Source: Sphingobacteriia bacterium
Lineage (GTDB): Bacteria; Bacteroidota; Bacteroidia; Chitinophagales; Chitinophagaceae
Direction of reading: 5' to 3'
Assembly (NCBI GenBank): GCA_031422175.1
Contig: JANOQC010000116.1
Location: 2,932-66,931 of the forward strand
Length of the DNA stretch: 64,000 bases
This document shows positions 28,604 to 38,489 of this stretch, piece after piece. The position numbers and the translations under genes were made by a program. The notes below the pieces were generated by a model. It was not told the DNA's origin and made no database searches. It worked only from the letters and a program-made list of their open reading frames with translations. How positions within the stretch are numbered: position 1 is the first letter of the stretch; each line of letters begins with the position of its first letter.

Positions 28604-29392
28604 ATGTTAAAAAATACGCTATTAAAAGCTACTGAGGCTGGGGCTGCCGAATTAAAACGTTTTTTCAACGGCAGTTTTGTAATCAGCAATAAAGAAGGAA
28701 TCAATAATCTGGTTACCGAAGCCGATCATGCTGCTGAAAAAGCCATCATGCAAGTAATTCAAACCGAATACCCCGATCATTATATTTTGAGTGAAGAGAG
28801 CGGAGAAATTGTTCAAGATTCTAGTTACAAATGGATTATCGACCCTATTGATGGAACAGTAAATTTTGCCAATGGTATACCAATTTGTTGCGTTAGCATT
28901 GGTTTAGAACAAGATGGAAAAATGATTATGGGTGCTGTGTATAACCCAATAATGAACGAATTTTATTTTGCTGAAAAAGGATTTGGTGCTACGCTTAATA
29001 ACCAAAAAATTGAAGTAAGTAAAAAAACAGCAGTCATTAAAAGTTGTTTGGTTACAGGATTTCCATACACTTATTTAGATGAACCCAATGGACCGATTCA
29101 GGTATTTGAAAAATTAATTAGAAAGGGAGTTCCTGTGAGAAGATTGGGTAGTGCCGCCATTGATTTATGTTGGGTTGCTGCCGGAAGATTTGATGGATTT
29201 TATGAACACAATTTACAGGCCTGGGATAGTGCTGCAGGATTTTTAATGGTAGAAGAAGCTGGAGGAAAAGTAACCGATTTTAATGGCTATTATTATTCTC
29301 CATATCAACCTCATTTAATAGCTACCAATGGAAAAATTCATGATGAATTGTTGGGAATTGTAAATGGTGCAAATTTAAAAGACCCCGAATAA
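28604..29392 (+). CDS. suhB: inositol monophosphatase family protein
   Basis: Motifs SEESG, WIIDPIDGT and WDSAAG. Confidence 0.85.
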   Translation: MLKNTLLKATEAGAAELKRFFNGSFVISNKEGINNLVTEADHAAEKAIMQVIQTEYPDHYILSEESGEIVQDSSYKWIIDPIDGTVNFANGIPICCVSIGLEQDGKMIMGAVYNPIMNEFYFAEKGFGATLNNQKIEVSKKTAVIKSCLVTGFPYTYLDEPNGPIQVFEKLIRKGVPVRRLGSAAIDLCWVAAGRFDGFYEHNLQAWDSAAGFLMVEEAGGKVTDFNGYYYSPYQPHLIATNGKIHDELLGIVNGANLKDPE

Positions 29393-29405
29393 ATAACATA
29401 TAACA

Positions 29406-30437
29406 ATGGAAGAAAGAACAGAAATAGCAGCCTTAGGTGAATTTGGATTAATCGATCATCTAACAAAAAACAATGAAATTAAAAATGCTTCATCGGTATT
29501 GGGTATTGGGGATGATGGTGCCGTGATTGATCATTTTGGAAAACAAACTGTTATTAGTACCGACCTCTTAATTGAGGGCGTACATTTTGATTTAATGTAT
29601 TCTCCACTCAAACATATAGGGTATAAAGCAGTAGTGGTAAACCTGAGTGATATTTATGCAATGAATGCTATACCTACTCAAATTACCATGAGCATTGGTA
29701 TTAGCAATCGCTTTAGTGTAGAGGCTTTGAGCGAATTATATGAAGGTGTATATTTTGCTTGTGAAAAATATGGAGTAGATTTAATTGGAGGAGATACTAC
29801 CACTTCTCCTAAAGGATTAATAATTTCAGTAACAGCTATTGGTGAAGTTGCACCAGATCAATTTGTAAAAAGAAGTACCGCACAAAAAGGAGATTTAATT
29901 TGTGTAAGTGGCGATTTGGGTGGAGCTTTTTTAGGATTAACTTTAATGGAAAGAGAAAAGAAAATCTATTTAGAGAACCCTGCTATTCAACCCGATTTAG
30001 AAAATGAAACTTATGTGGTTGGCAGATTGTTAAAACCAGAAGCCAGAAAAGACATCATCGAATTTTTTACCGCTAATCAAATTATTCCAACCTCAATGAT
30101 GGATGTAAGCGATGGTATTAGTAGTGAAGTATTGCATTTATGCAAGCAGTCTAATTTGGGTTGTGTGATTTACGAAGAAAAATTACCCATACATGAAGAC
30201 AGCAGACATGCTGCTTATAAATTTGGGCTCGACCCAACAGTATGTGCATTAAATGGAGGCGAAGATTATGAATTGATTTTTACGTTGAAACAGGAAGATC
30301 ATGATAAGATCGTATTGAACGAAGAGATCAGTGTGATTGGCTATACTACTGATATTGAAGCAGGATCAAAATTGCATACAAAGGGAGGAAATATATTTAA
30401 TATTACTGCACAAGGTTGGAATGCATTTAATCAATAA
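29406..30437 (+). CDS. thiL: thiamine-monophosphate kinase
   Basis: AIR-synthase-like fold with GIGDDGAVI, and GGD.T and DVSDG motifs. Confidence 0.85.
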   Translation: MEERTEIAALGEFGLIDHLTKNNEIKNASSVLGIGDDGAVIDHFGKQTVISTDLLIEGVHFDLMYSPLKHIGYKAVVVNLSDIYAMNAIPTQITMSIGISNRFSVEALSELYEGVYFACEKYGVDLIGGDTTTSPKGLIISVTAIGEVAPDQFVKRSTAQKGDLICVSGDLGGAFLGLTLMEREKKIYLENPAIQPDLENETYVVGRLLKPEARKDIIEFFTANQIIPTSMMDVSDGISSEVLHLCKQSNLGCVIYEEKLPIHEDSRHAAYKFGLDPTVCALNGGEDYELIFTLKQEDHDKIVLNEEISVIGYTTDIEAGSKLHTKGGNIFNITAQGWNAFNQ

Positions 30438-30455
30438 GTTTCAACAATAAAAGGA

Positions 30456-31982
30456 ATGAGAAAAAAGTGTTTATTTTTTTTATTGTTTTTTGGAGTATTA
30501 TTTTTAACACAGGCTCAGCAACAAAATTTATTGACAAAAAAATTGGCGCCCCAACAAATGCGTTCAGATATGGATTTATTAAAAAAAATCCTTGAAGCCA
30601 ATCATCCCAGTTTATATTGGTATGCTTCTAAAGATAGTTTAGATGAATTTTACAATAATATATATTACTCTTTAAAAGATTCATTAACTGAATTACATTT
30701 TAGAAATAGAGTAGGTTCTTGGGTAACTGCAATCAAATGCGGACACACTTCCGTGAGACTATCTAAAAAGCTATCAAAGGAATTATCAAAAAACAAACTA
30801 CCTCAATTTCCATTGCAATTAAAAGTATGGGAAGATAGTATAGTGGTTTTGGGTAATGCTTATTCAACAAATTCTACTATTAAAAGAGGAACCATAATTG
30901 CAGGCATCAACGGATTATACAATCAGCAAATTAGGGATTCAATTTTCAATATTATTTCAACTGATGGAAATTCTATCAATCATAAAAACCAGGTATTGAG
31001 TAATTCATTTCCTTACTGGTACAATACAGTTATTGGTAGAGATTCTGTTTATACCATTAATTACTTCGATAGCTTGGGTAAACTACAGACAACGCAGTTA
31101 AAAAGTTTTGTATCTATTCAAACACCAAAACGGTCAAGTGCACAAAATATCAATAGAACTGTTCTGCCAAAACCAGATTCCGCACGGGTAAATCAGGTTA
31201 TTAGGGAGCAACCAAAAAAAATGAGTAAGCATCAAATAATGCAATTATCCAGAAGATCCTTGTTAATAGATACGGCCAATCATATTGCAATTATGCGTTT
31301 GAATACTTTCAGTAGGGGCTCGTTAAAGCAATTTTTTAGACGTAGTTTTCGTTCTTTAAAAGAGCTGGAAATAAAGGATCTGGTTATAGATTTAAGAAGC
31401 AATGGTGGTGGAAAAGTAGAAAACAGTACCCGATTAACTCAATACCTAATCAATCGTTCTTTTAAAATTGGAGATAGTGTTGTGGCATTGAGCAGAAAAT
31501 TTGAATATGGCAGGTACATTCGCCCATCATTTATTTATTGGCTTTCTATGAATTTTGGTGGAACAAAAATGGATGACGGTAAAATTCATTATCGGCGTTA
31601 TGAAAAACATTTTTTTGATCCAAAAGAAAGAAATCATTTCAATGGAAGTGTTTTTCTTTTACAAGGGGGGGCTAGTTTTTCTGCTGCAACCATGTTTATT
31701 GCAGCATTAAAGGGGCAAGAAAAAGTAACTGTTTTGGGAGAAGAAACAGGGGGCGGTTATTATGGTAATTCGGCTATGCATATACCTATGATTGTTCTTC
31801 CAAATAGTAAATTGAGGGTTGGCTTACCCATGTATCGTTTAGTAATGGATAAAAATAGGCCGAAGGGAAATGGAATAATTCCTGATATAATTATCCCGCC
31901 CTCTTCTTTAGCCATTAAAGCTGGGGTTGATCTTAAAATGAATCGGGTGATGGAATTAATTAATACTCCAATAAAAAAGTAA
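30456..31982 (+). CDS. secreted S41-family peptidase
   Basis: Signal peptide present. DLRSNGGG and GGASFSAATMF are the S41 catalytic Ser region. Confidence 0.75.
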   Translation: MRKKCLFFLLFFGVLFLTQAQQQNLLTKKLAPQQMRSDMDLLKKILEANHPSLYWYASKDSLDEFYNNIYYSLKDSLTELHFRNRVGSWVTAIKCGHTSVRLSKKLSKELSKNKLPQFPLQLKVWEDSIVVLGNAYSTNSTIKRGTIIAGINGLYNQQIRDSIFNIISTDGNSINHKNQVLSNSFPYWYNTVIGRDSVYTINYFDSLGKLQTTQLKSFVSIQTPKRSSAQNINRTVLPKPDSARVNQVIREQPKKMSKHQIMQLSRRSLLIDTANHIAIMRLNTFSRGSLKQFFRRSFRSLKELEIKDLVIDLRSNGGGKVENSTRLTQYLINRSFKIGDSVVALSRKFEYGRYIRPSFIYWLSMNFGGTKMDDGKIHYRRYEKHFFDPKERNHFNGSVFLLQGGASFSAATMFIAALKGQEKVTVLGEETGGGYYGNSAMHIPMIVLPNSKLRVGLPMYRLVMDKNRPKGNGIIPDIIIPPSSLAIKAGVDLKMNRVMELINTPIKK

Positions 31983-32020
31983 ATCATGAAACAATTAACA
32001 CTGTTTTTATATTAGCTGAT

Positions 32021-32785
32021 ATGCCAAAAAAAATTGTTTGTTTTTGCCTTATTCTTTTTTGTTTTTTATATGCTACTGCACAAAAACAAAAAAAGCCTTA
32101 TGTAACTGGAGCTGCTTATTTTGATTCATTAAAAAGTCAAAAGCCCTCTATTAAACCAACTGGTGATTTTGATCAGCGATTTTCTTTTATTGATGACAAT
32201 AATAAAGAAGTAAATATCTGGGGGTATCGTATTGGCTTATTGGTGAATGATAGGTATAAAGTAGGTATTGGTGGATATACTTTCAAAGCCAATTTTGATG
32301 CAAAAAAAGATAGCGCTAGAATAAGAACCAGAACCGTTACCAATATCAGTCAGGTTAGTCAATCTGTTTATTTTGGCACTATGTATTTAGAGCCCTATCT
32401 GATTAGAAGAAGGCGCTGGGAGATGAGTTTAATAATGGAACTTGGCTATGGGTCTGCTACCATTGATTCTACCAATACCAATAAAGTGTATGTTGGAAGA
32501 AATACTACAACAACTAATACTAATGTAACAATAAAAGAGCCATTTGTGCCAATTGGAATGGGTTTATCGTTTAACCTTATTATCCCCGATAAAAAAGGAT
32601 GGCATTTCTTAACTTATTTTGGTTTAAATGCGATTGTTGGGATGCGCACTGTTATTTTAGATAGTGACTTCAAAGAAAACTATGATGGCTTTTTTTATAG
32701 TCTTGGAACTGCTATTTATATAGATCGGATTTTTACTGATATTTCTGGGAAGAAAAAAAAGAAACAAGTTGTTTCTACTAATTAA
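32021..32785 (+). CDS. hypothetical secreted protein, possible small beta-barrel
   Basis: Signal peptide ending ATAQ, alternating hydrophobic beta-strand-like segments and a Lys-rich tail. No family recognised. Confidence 0.5.
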   Translation: MPKKIVCFCLILFCFLYATAQKQKKPYVTGAAYFDSLKSQKPSIKPTGDFDQRFSFIDDNNKEVNIWGYRIGLLVNDRYKVGIGGYTFKANFDAKKDSARIRTRTVTNISQVSQSVYFGTMYLEPYLIRRRRWEMSLIMELGYGSATIDSTNTNKVYVGRNTTTTNTNVTIKEPFVPIGMGLSFNLIIPDKKGWHFLTYFGLNAIVGMRTVILDSDFKENYDGFFYSLGTAIYIDRIFTDISGKKKKKQVVSTN

Positions 32786-32804
32786 ACATTGCTCTTTTTG
32801 GCCA

Positions 32805-32838
32805 TAAAAAAACCGAAGTAATTGCTTCGGTTTTTTTA
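32805..32838. terminator. Bidirectional Rho-independent terminator
   Basis: A7-CCGAAGT-aatt-GCTTCGG-T7, between convergent genes. Confidence 0.8.
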
Positions 32839-32853
32839 TTGAATTAATTTGAA

Positions 32854-33240
32854 TTAGTGTTTTTCTCCAACCACACATTTTTCTTTGATCTCATGAAAAT
32901 CATCGTGTGCTTTAGTAATCAAGACCGTTAATTCTTTATCAGATTTTTTAGCTTTAACACCAGCTTCAATAGCTTCGCAACTTGCCACTAATTTTTTCAA
33001 AATTGGCTTGGCAATGGCTGCATCAAATCCTTTAGGTATAGGAGCAGATTCCCAAGATTTTGCCTTTGTAGTTAATGTAGCGGCATTTTCTTTAGTAGGC
33101 TTTAGATTACCCTCTTCTGCAGGGTGAAATGTTTTACTCATTACCGAATGGAAATCTTCCATTTGTTTCCATTCTGCTTTTTGTGCAAACCCTGCTACAG
33201 ATAAAAAAGCAGCGCATGCAAATAAAAATAATTGCTTCAT
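32854..33240 (-). CDS. hypothetical secreted helical protein
   Basis: 128 aa with signal peptide MKQLFLFACAAFLSVAGFAQ. No family recognised. Confidence 0.5.
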   Translation of the reverse strand: MKQLFLFACAAFLSVAGFAQKAEWKQMEDFHSVMSKTFHPAEEGNLKPTKENAATLTTKAKSWESAPIPKGFDAAIAKPILKKLVASCEAIEAGVKAKKSDKELTVLITKAHDDFHEIKEKCVVGEKH

Positions 33241-33306
33241 AATATATCTTGTTTAATGAATACAAAGCTAAGGTGTAAGCGCTATCAAATAATGGCTTAT
33301 TTTAAA

Positions 33307-34392
33307 CTATTTTGTTAAAACAAGATCATTGTTTAAACAAATATAATCTGCCTGATAGCCAGGTTCTATGATTCCCGAAATGCCAGGCGTTTTTAGTACC
33401 TGTGCTGGATATACGCTGCACATATTAATAGCCTCCCCTAATTCAATACCTACTTGTTTATTTAAATTAAGAACACAACTTAGCATAGTTAAAGCAGAGC
33501 CGCTTAATATTCCATTGGCTTCATATTTATCTCCATTTAATTGATGTGGATACGGTCCATGGCCAGTATTTGTAACTGCATCTGTTATTGCAAACAATCG
33601 GTTTCCCAATTGTTTTTTGGCAATCTTGATTGCGGAAAAATCTACATGGTATCCGTCTGGTACAATACTACACATAACAGATGGGTGATTAAATATGGCA
33701 CCCACCATTCCTGGTGATCGATGCTGCAAGGGGCTCATTGCATTAAATAGGTGGGTTGCCGTTTTAATTCCTCCATCAAATGCTTCCATTGCTTCATTAT
33801 AAGTAGCATCGCTATGTCCGGCAGAAACAACAACACCATAAGAATGAATTAAATCAACTATTTCTTTGTTGCATATTTCTGGAGCCAAGGTAATCATGGT
33901 TATAATTCCTTTTCCATAATCGAGCAATTCTTTTACTTCGTTCAGAGAAGGCGAATAAATAAATTGAGTTAAATGAGCTCCTCTTTTTTTATCATTAATC
34001 CATGGACCTTCCACATGTAATCCGATACAACCCTTTCCACCATCAGCCCAATAAGCTTTAATCGCATCTACACAATCAAAAATAATTTTATTGCTATTGG
34101 TTGCAACGGTTGGCTGAAACCAGTAAGCTCCTCCATTAATACAATACGCTCTCAGCAAATACAATGCTTCTTTGTTCGGATGCATGCTCAATAATTGCCC
34201 GCCTGCTCCATAAATTTGCAAATCAATCAGTGCTGGAATGATGAAAGGATATACTTGCGTAGGTTGAAAATTTAACGATGTTGTTTGTATAATTGCAGTT
34301 ACTATATTATTTTCTATAAGCAGTGTTGAGTCTTCATACCAGCGTTTCCCACTATATATTTTATGGGCAGATAGATAAGTTGGATTATTCAT
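33307..34392 (-). CDS. nagA: N-acetylglucosamine-6-phosphate deacetylase
   Basis: Motifs HVEGPW, AGHSDATY, THLFNAM and ITDAV. The ATG at 34392 is preferred and overlaps the upstream gene by 8 nt. Confidence 0.85.
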   Translation of the reverse strand: MNNPTYLSAHKIYSGKRWYEDSTLLIENNIVTAIIQTTSLNFQPTQVYPFIIPALIDLQIYGAGGQLLSMHPNKEALYLLRAYCINGGAYWFQPTVATNSNKIIFDCVDAIKAYWADGGKGCIGLHVEGPWINDKKRGAHLTQFIYSPSLNEVKELLDYGKGIITMITLAPEICNKEIVDLIHSYGVVVSAGHSDATYNEAMEAFDGGIKTATHLFNAMSPLQHRSPGMVGAIFNHPSVMCSIVPDGYHVDFSAIKIAKKQLGNRLFAITDAVTNTGHGPYPHQLNGDKYEANGILSGSALTMLSCVLNLNKQVGIELGEAINMCSVYPAQVLKTPGISGIIEPGYQADYICLNNDLVLTK

Positions 34393-35191
34393 TATCGATG
34401 ATAGAGTTGGTAATTGTAAAATGATCGGCATCTTTCCAAAAAGGAAAACGCGTTCTGATTTCGTTTAATTTTTCTTTGCTGAGTTCCTGTGTAAAAATAC
34501 TTTCGAGATTAGCTTCTGTATACAATACTTCTCCCAGAGGATCAATCAACACGCTATCACCACTGTGTTCTATATTATTACCATCATTACCTACTCTGTT
34601 CACTCCAATAACATAACATTGGTTTTCTATGGCTCTTGCTATTAATAGAGATTTCCATGCATGGCTTCTTCTTGCTGGCCAATTGGCTACATACAGCAAT
34701 ACATCATACTCGGGCTCTTCGCCAGAACTTTGTCTTGCCCAAACAGGAAAACGCAGATCGTAACAGACCTGTGTATTTATTTTCCATCCATTTACACTGG
34801 TGATTAATCGCTTAGTACCTGCAGTATAAAATTGATCTTCGCCCGCAAATGCAAATCGGTGTCGCTTATCGTATACTCCTACAACACCATTGGGTAAAAC
34901 CCATAATAAACGATTGTAGTAATTGTTTTTTTCTTCTATAATTAGGCTTCCAGTTAAGATGATTTTTTTTGTTGCTGCAATTCGTTTCATCCATTCAACT
35001 GTTGGGCCATCCATTTTTTCGGCCAATTCGGCTGGCTTCATACTAAAGCCTGTTGAAAACATTTCAGGTAAAACAACCAAATGAGATAGTGTTGTAATAG
35101 ACATTATTTTTTCCTCAAACATGGCCAAATTTGCCTGCTTATCTTCCCATTGTAAATTGGCTTGAATTATTGTTACTGTTAAATTACTCAT
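34385..35191 (-). CDS. carbon-nitrogen hydrolase (nitrilase superfamily, omega-amidase/YafV-like)
   Basis: The E-K-C triad context is LPEMF, YDKRH and VCYDLRFP. Confidence 0.85.
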   Translation of the reverse strand: MSNLTVTIIQANLQWEDKQANLAMFEEKIMSITTLSHLVVLPEMFSTGFSMKPAELAEKMDGPTVEWMKRIAATKKIILTGSLIIEEKNNYYNRLLWVLPNGVVGVYDKRHRFAFAGEDQFYTAGTKRLITSVNGWKINTQVCYDLRFPVWARQSSGEEPEYDVLLYVANWPARRSHAWKSLLIARAIENQCYVIGVNRVGNDGNNIEHSGDSVLIDPLGEVLYTEANLESIFTQELSKEKLNEIRTRFPFWKDADHFTITNSIIDNE

Positions 35192-35200
35192 GTATGCAAA

Positions 35201-36139
35201 TTAATGAATTCGGTAAGCAATTTGAAATGAACCATATCGGTGTGATTTGGTTTGTGATAGCGTTTCTTTAGATTGATAAATGTACTCTATCCTTCCCGTA
35301 AACCTCCCCGATGCATAACACACACCCAATGTTTGTTGATACATGAATGTTGAAGGGCTTTGAGTTACTTGCATGGAACCATTATTAAAAACACCTCCTT
35401 GCAAAGTTGCATTGTATGCCTGTGCAATTATTTGTGGGTAGAAATATCCAAAGAATTCGTACCCCCTTTCTGACTTTTCTTTGTTAGTACTTAAACGTGC
35501 ATTCCATAAAGCGGATTGAGCGTTTTTTTCAAAAGCACCACAAACAATCATTGCACCTATTTTGGCATTGGTGTAAGTTGTTCCTAAATTCACTTGCATC
35601 ACCGGCATTAATTTTATACCATTCTTTTCTGCAATTGTAGATGCATATGTAGCGCCAATATCTATTCCGAAGGCATTTTCAATTTGGTATTTCCAGCCAG
35701 TAAATTTAGCAAAACCAAGCCATCCATGATAGGTGTTTTGTAAGCCCTCTCCCCAAGCAGTTGGGCCCACCAAACCCAAACTACCATTGAGTTGTATCAA
35801 CCTGTCTTTTTTTAAGAATTGTGTTTGTGCATAATTTAAATACAAGTATCCACAATAAGCTCGATCAATATCTGCAGGGTTTTTTGTTTCTCTTTTTAGT
35901 GGTGTGAAAATTTTTTGGCCTAATTCAAATGAATGAATTTTCTTTTTCCCTTGTTGATCTTTTACAAATGCATAGCTCAACATAAAACCATTGGTATAAT
36001 AGGCATCATTTAAATTGAAAAGGTATGCGTCATTTTCTGTTTTAAAAGAAAATTCTTTAGAATAATTTGTGGATTTGTCTTGCGCAAAACTATTTAGGGC
36101 TAACAAAAAAAATGCGATGATATTTAGGTATTGCTTCAT
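35201..36139 (-). CDS. lipid A deacylase LpxR-family outer-membrane protein
   Basis: Signal peptide and N-terminal ENDAY...DAYYTNG motif typical of LpxR/DUF2219. The rest is beta-rich. Confidence 0.7.
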   Translation of the reverse strand: MKQYLNIIAFFLLALNSFAQDKSTNYSKEFSFKTENDAYLFNLNDAYYTNGFMLSYAFVKDQQGKKKIHSFELGQKIFTPLKRETKNPADIDRAYCGYLYLNYAQTQFLKKDRLIQLNGSLGLVGPTAWGEGLQNTYHGWLGFAKFTGWKYQIENAFGIDIGATYASTIAEKNGIKLMPVMQVNLGTTYTNAKIGAMIVCGAFEKNAQSALWNARLSTNKEKSERGYEFFGYFYPQIIAQAYNATLQGGVFNNGSMQVTQSPSTFMYQQTLGVCYASGRFTGRIEYIYQSKETLSQTKSHRYGSFQIAYRIH

Positions 36140-36631
36140 TTACTTTTTAGCCGATTCGGCTCTTATATTTTTGATCAACTCTAGAATCAATGCCGACTCA
36201 TATCCTTTTTGTAATAAGTAGGCCATTGTTTTTGATTGGCGGTTAAGGTATTGTTCAGTTTTTAATAAATTCCATTTGGTTTTAACCAATTTGGCTGCCG
36301 TTTTTTGGTATTCATCTCGATCAATTTCCTTCAACCCTTTTTTAATAATATACTCACTTATTTTTTTTTGTTTGAGCGCATACACAATTTTATTAATTCC
36401 CCATTTCTTTTGTCTGAAATATCCTCCCACAAAAAGTTTTGCATAACGCTCCTCATTGAGGTAATCTTCTTCAATTAATTGACTTATTAATTGCTCCACT
36501 ACTGCTTTTCGCAATCCCAAGTTATAGGCTTTTTCTTTCACTTCTGCATGACATCGCTCTTGATAGCCACAGTAGTGCTTCAGTTTCATAAATGCCTGTT
36601 CTGGTGTTGGGGTAGATTTAGGTTTGAACAA
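36140..36631 (-). CDS. recX: RecA regulator RecX
   Basis: 163 aa of three-helix repeats. A KLKHYCGYQERCHAEV start is typical of Bacteroidota RecX. Confidence 0.8.
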   Translation of the reverse strand: MFKPKSTPTPEQAFMKLKHYCGYQERCHAEVKEKAYNLGLRKAVVEQLISQLIEEDYLNEERYAKLFVGGYFRQKKWGINKIVYALKQKKISEYIIKKGLKEIDRDEYQKTAAKLVKTKWNLLKTEQYLNRQSKTMAYLLQKGYESALILELIKNIRAESAKK

Positions 36632-36657
36632 GTCTTTCTTTTTTTAGTTAAAGTAGG

Positions 36658-36665
36658 TATATTTG
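36658..36665 (+). promoter_or_regulatory. Bacteroidota -7 box candidate (TATATTTG)
   Basis: Exact TAnnTTTG match 60 nt upstream of the response-regulator ATG. Confidence 0.3.
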
Positions 36666-36724
36666 TTAGGGGTTCAAAATAACTTCATTTATATCGTCTT
36701 TAATTAGAGACCACTTAGAATGCT

Positions 36725-37138
36725 ATGGCTGCACCAAAACTCAATGTTTGTTTAATTGACGACGATAAAATTTATCAATTTACCGCCCGCAAAATATTGG
36801 AATCTACCGGACTGGCTAAAAATATTCTTTCTTTTTACAATGGCAAAGAAGCAATTGGCTTTTTTCAGGAAAAGCAAAATAATAGTAAAGAAGAATTACC
36901 AGATGTGATTTTCTTGGATATTAACATGCCCGTGATGAATGGTTGGCAGTTTTTAGATGAATACCAGAAACTAAACAATTCACTCAAAAGCGCCATTACT
37001 ATTTATATGGTTAGCTCTTCGGTTGACGACTGTGATATACAAAAGTCTAAGGAATATAGCACTGTAACCGAATACATTATTAAGCCCATTAACCGGATCA
37101 GGTACCAGCAATTGATTGAACAGCTCAATAGAGCCTAG
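36725..37138 (+). CDS. stand-alone response regulator receiver (CheY-like)
   Basis: Acidic pocket IDDD, phospho-acceptor FLDINMP, then MVSSS and IIKP. There is no output domain. Confidence 0.85.
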   Translation: MAAPKLNVCLIDDDKIYQFTARKILESTGLAKNILSFYNGKEAIGFFQEKQNNSKEELPDVIFLDINMPVMNGWQFLDEYQKLNNSLKSAITIYMVSSSVDDCDIQKSKEYSTVTEYIIKPINRIRYQQLIEQLNRA

Positions 37139-37224
37139 TTTTTCTCTAATTCACATCCAACCCACAGTTCTATACATTTAAAAAAATGGTGCTATTTTGC
37201 TAACAGAATCTTACAATTTTACTG

Positions 37225-37232
37225 TAGGTTTG
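37225..37232 (+). promoter_or_regulatory. Bacteroidota -7 box candidate (TAGGTTTG)
   Basis: Exact TAnnTTTG match 20 nt upstream of the dnaN ATG. Confidence 0.3.
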
Positions 37233-37251
37233 TTGAGTATAAAACGCTTTT

Positions 37252-38367
37252 ATGAAATTTATTGTTTCTTCCTCTTCCTTATTAAAACACTTGCAACAAA
37301 TTAGCGGTGTTATTAATGCCAATACGGTTTTACCCATTTTGGAAGATTTTTTGTTTGAGATTCAAGACAAAAAACTCAATGTAGTAGCAACTGATCTTGA
37401 AACCGTAATGCGGGTTCAGATGGATGTGGAAAGCAAAGCCAATGGAAAAGTGTGTATCCCAGCAAAAATTTTGTTGGATTCATTAAAAAATATAGCTGAC
37501 CAGCCACTTACTTTTACTATCGATAAAAATTTCTCCATTGAAATTACCAGCGATAATGGTAAATACAAGGTGATGGGCGAAAATCCCGATAATTTTCCAA
37601 AAGAACCATCATCAGATGATACTACCAGTTTTAAAATGAGCAGTACTGCTTTATTAACGGGTATCAACAAAACTTTGTTTGCGGTAAGTGGCGATGATTT
37701 ACGTCCGGCCATGACGGGGGTATTTTTTGAATTGACTAAAGAAAGTGTTCAGTTGGTAGCAACAGATGCTCATCGATTGGTTCGATATAAGCGTACCGAT
37801 ACACATGCTTCTAAAACAGATTCGTTCATCGTTCCAAAAAAGCCATTGAACTTATTAAAAAACGCTTTGCCTGATAACGAAGATGAATTAACCATCAGTT
37901 ACAATAGCAATCATTTATTTGTTCAGCATGGTTCTACCCATATGATTTGTAGATTGATCGATGCTAGGTTCCCAGATTATAAAGTGGTTATCCCTGCCGA
38001 CAATCCGTATAAACTAGTGGTTAATAAAGCTGATTTTCAAAATGCATTGCGCCGCGTAAATGTATTCTCAAATAAGAGCACCAATCAAGTTGCATTGAAT
38101 ATTACAGGTAGTGAATTACAAATGGCTGCACAAGATGTAGATTTTAGTTTTGAAGGAAATGAGCGCATGAATTGCCAATACGATGGAGAAGATCTTCAAA
38201 TTGCGTTCAATGCGCGTTTCTTAATTGAAATGCTCAACGCTGCTGATACAGATGATATTAAAATGGAATTATCTACTGCAACCAAAGCTGGTTTAATTAA
38301 ACCTACCGAACAAGCAGAAGGTGAAGACTTGTTGATGTTGGTGATGCCCTTGATGTTGAATAATTAA
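37252..38367 (+). CDS. dnaN: DNA polymerase III subunit beta (sliding clamp)
   Basis: 371 aa with three-domain clamp layout. The N-terminus is MKFIVSSSSLLKHLQ and the C-terminus is LMLVMPLMLNN. Confidence 0.9.
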   Translation: MKFIVSSSSLLKHLQQISGVINANTVLPILEDFLFEIQDKKLNVVATDLETVMRVQMDVESKANGKVCIPAKILLDSLKNIADQPLTFTIDKNFSIEITSDNGKYKVMGENPDNFPKEPSSDDTTSFKMSSTALLTGINKTLFAVSGDDLRPAMTGVFFELTKESVQLVATDAHRLVRYKRTDTHASKTDSFIVPKKPLNLLKNALPDNEDELTISYNSNHLFVQHGSTHMICRLIDARFPDYKVVIPADNPYKLVVNKADFQNALRRVNVFSNKSTNQVALNITGSELQMAAQDVDFSFEGNERMNCQYDGEDLQIAFNARFLIEMLNAADTDDIKMELSTATKAGLIKPTEQAEGEDLLMLVMPLMLNN

Positions 38368-38390
38368 TATTTCAATTTTTTATAAGTGAA

Positions 38391-38417
38391 CCCTGCAATT
38401 GTATTGCGGGGTTTTTT
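38391..38417 (+). terminator. Rho-independent terminator after dnaN
   Basis: CCCTGCAAT-tgt-ATTGCGGGG followed by TTTTTT. Confidence 0.8.
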
Positions 38418-38489
38418 AATGTATGTTAAATTTTATAATTGAATTATTGAATATGCTTATATACTTTTACTTCATTATAAAACTATAAT

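Noticed and set aside
36361-36369. Homopolymer runs as phase-variation switches: T9 in recX, T9-10 near 47102 and 62255, and A8 near 32753
   Set aside because: They encode Lys runs in an AT-rich genome, are not at 5' ends of surface-antigen genes, and are within the length range expected from composition.
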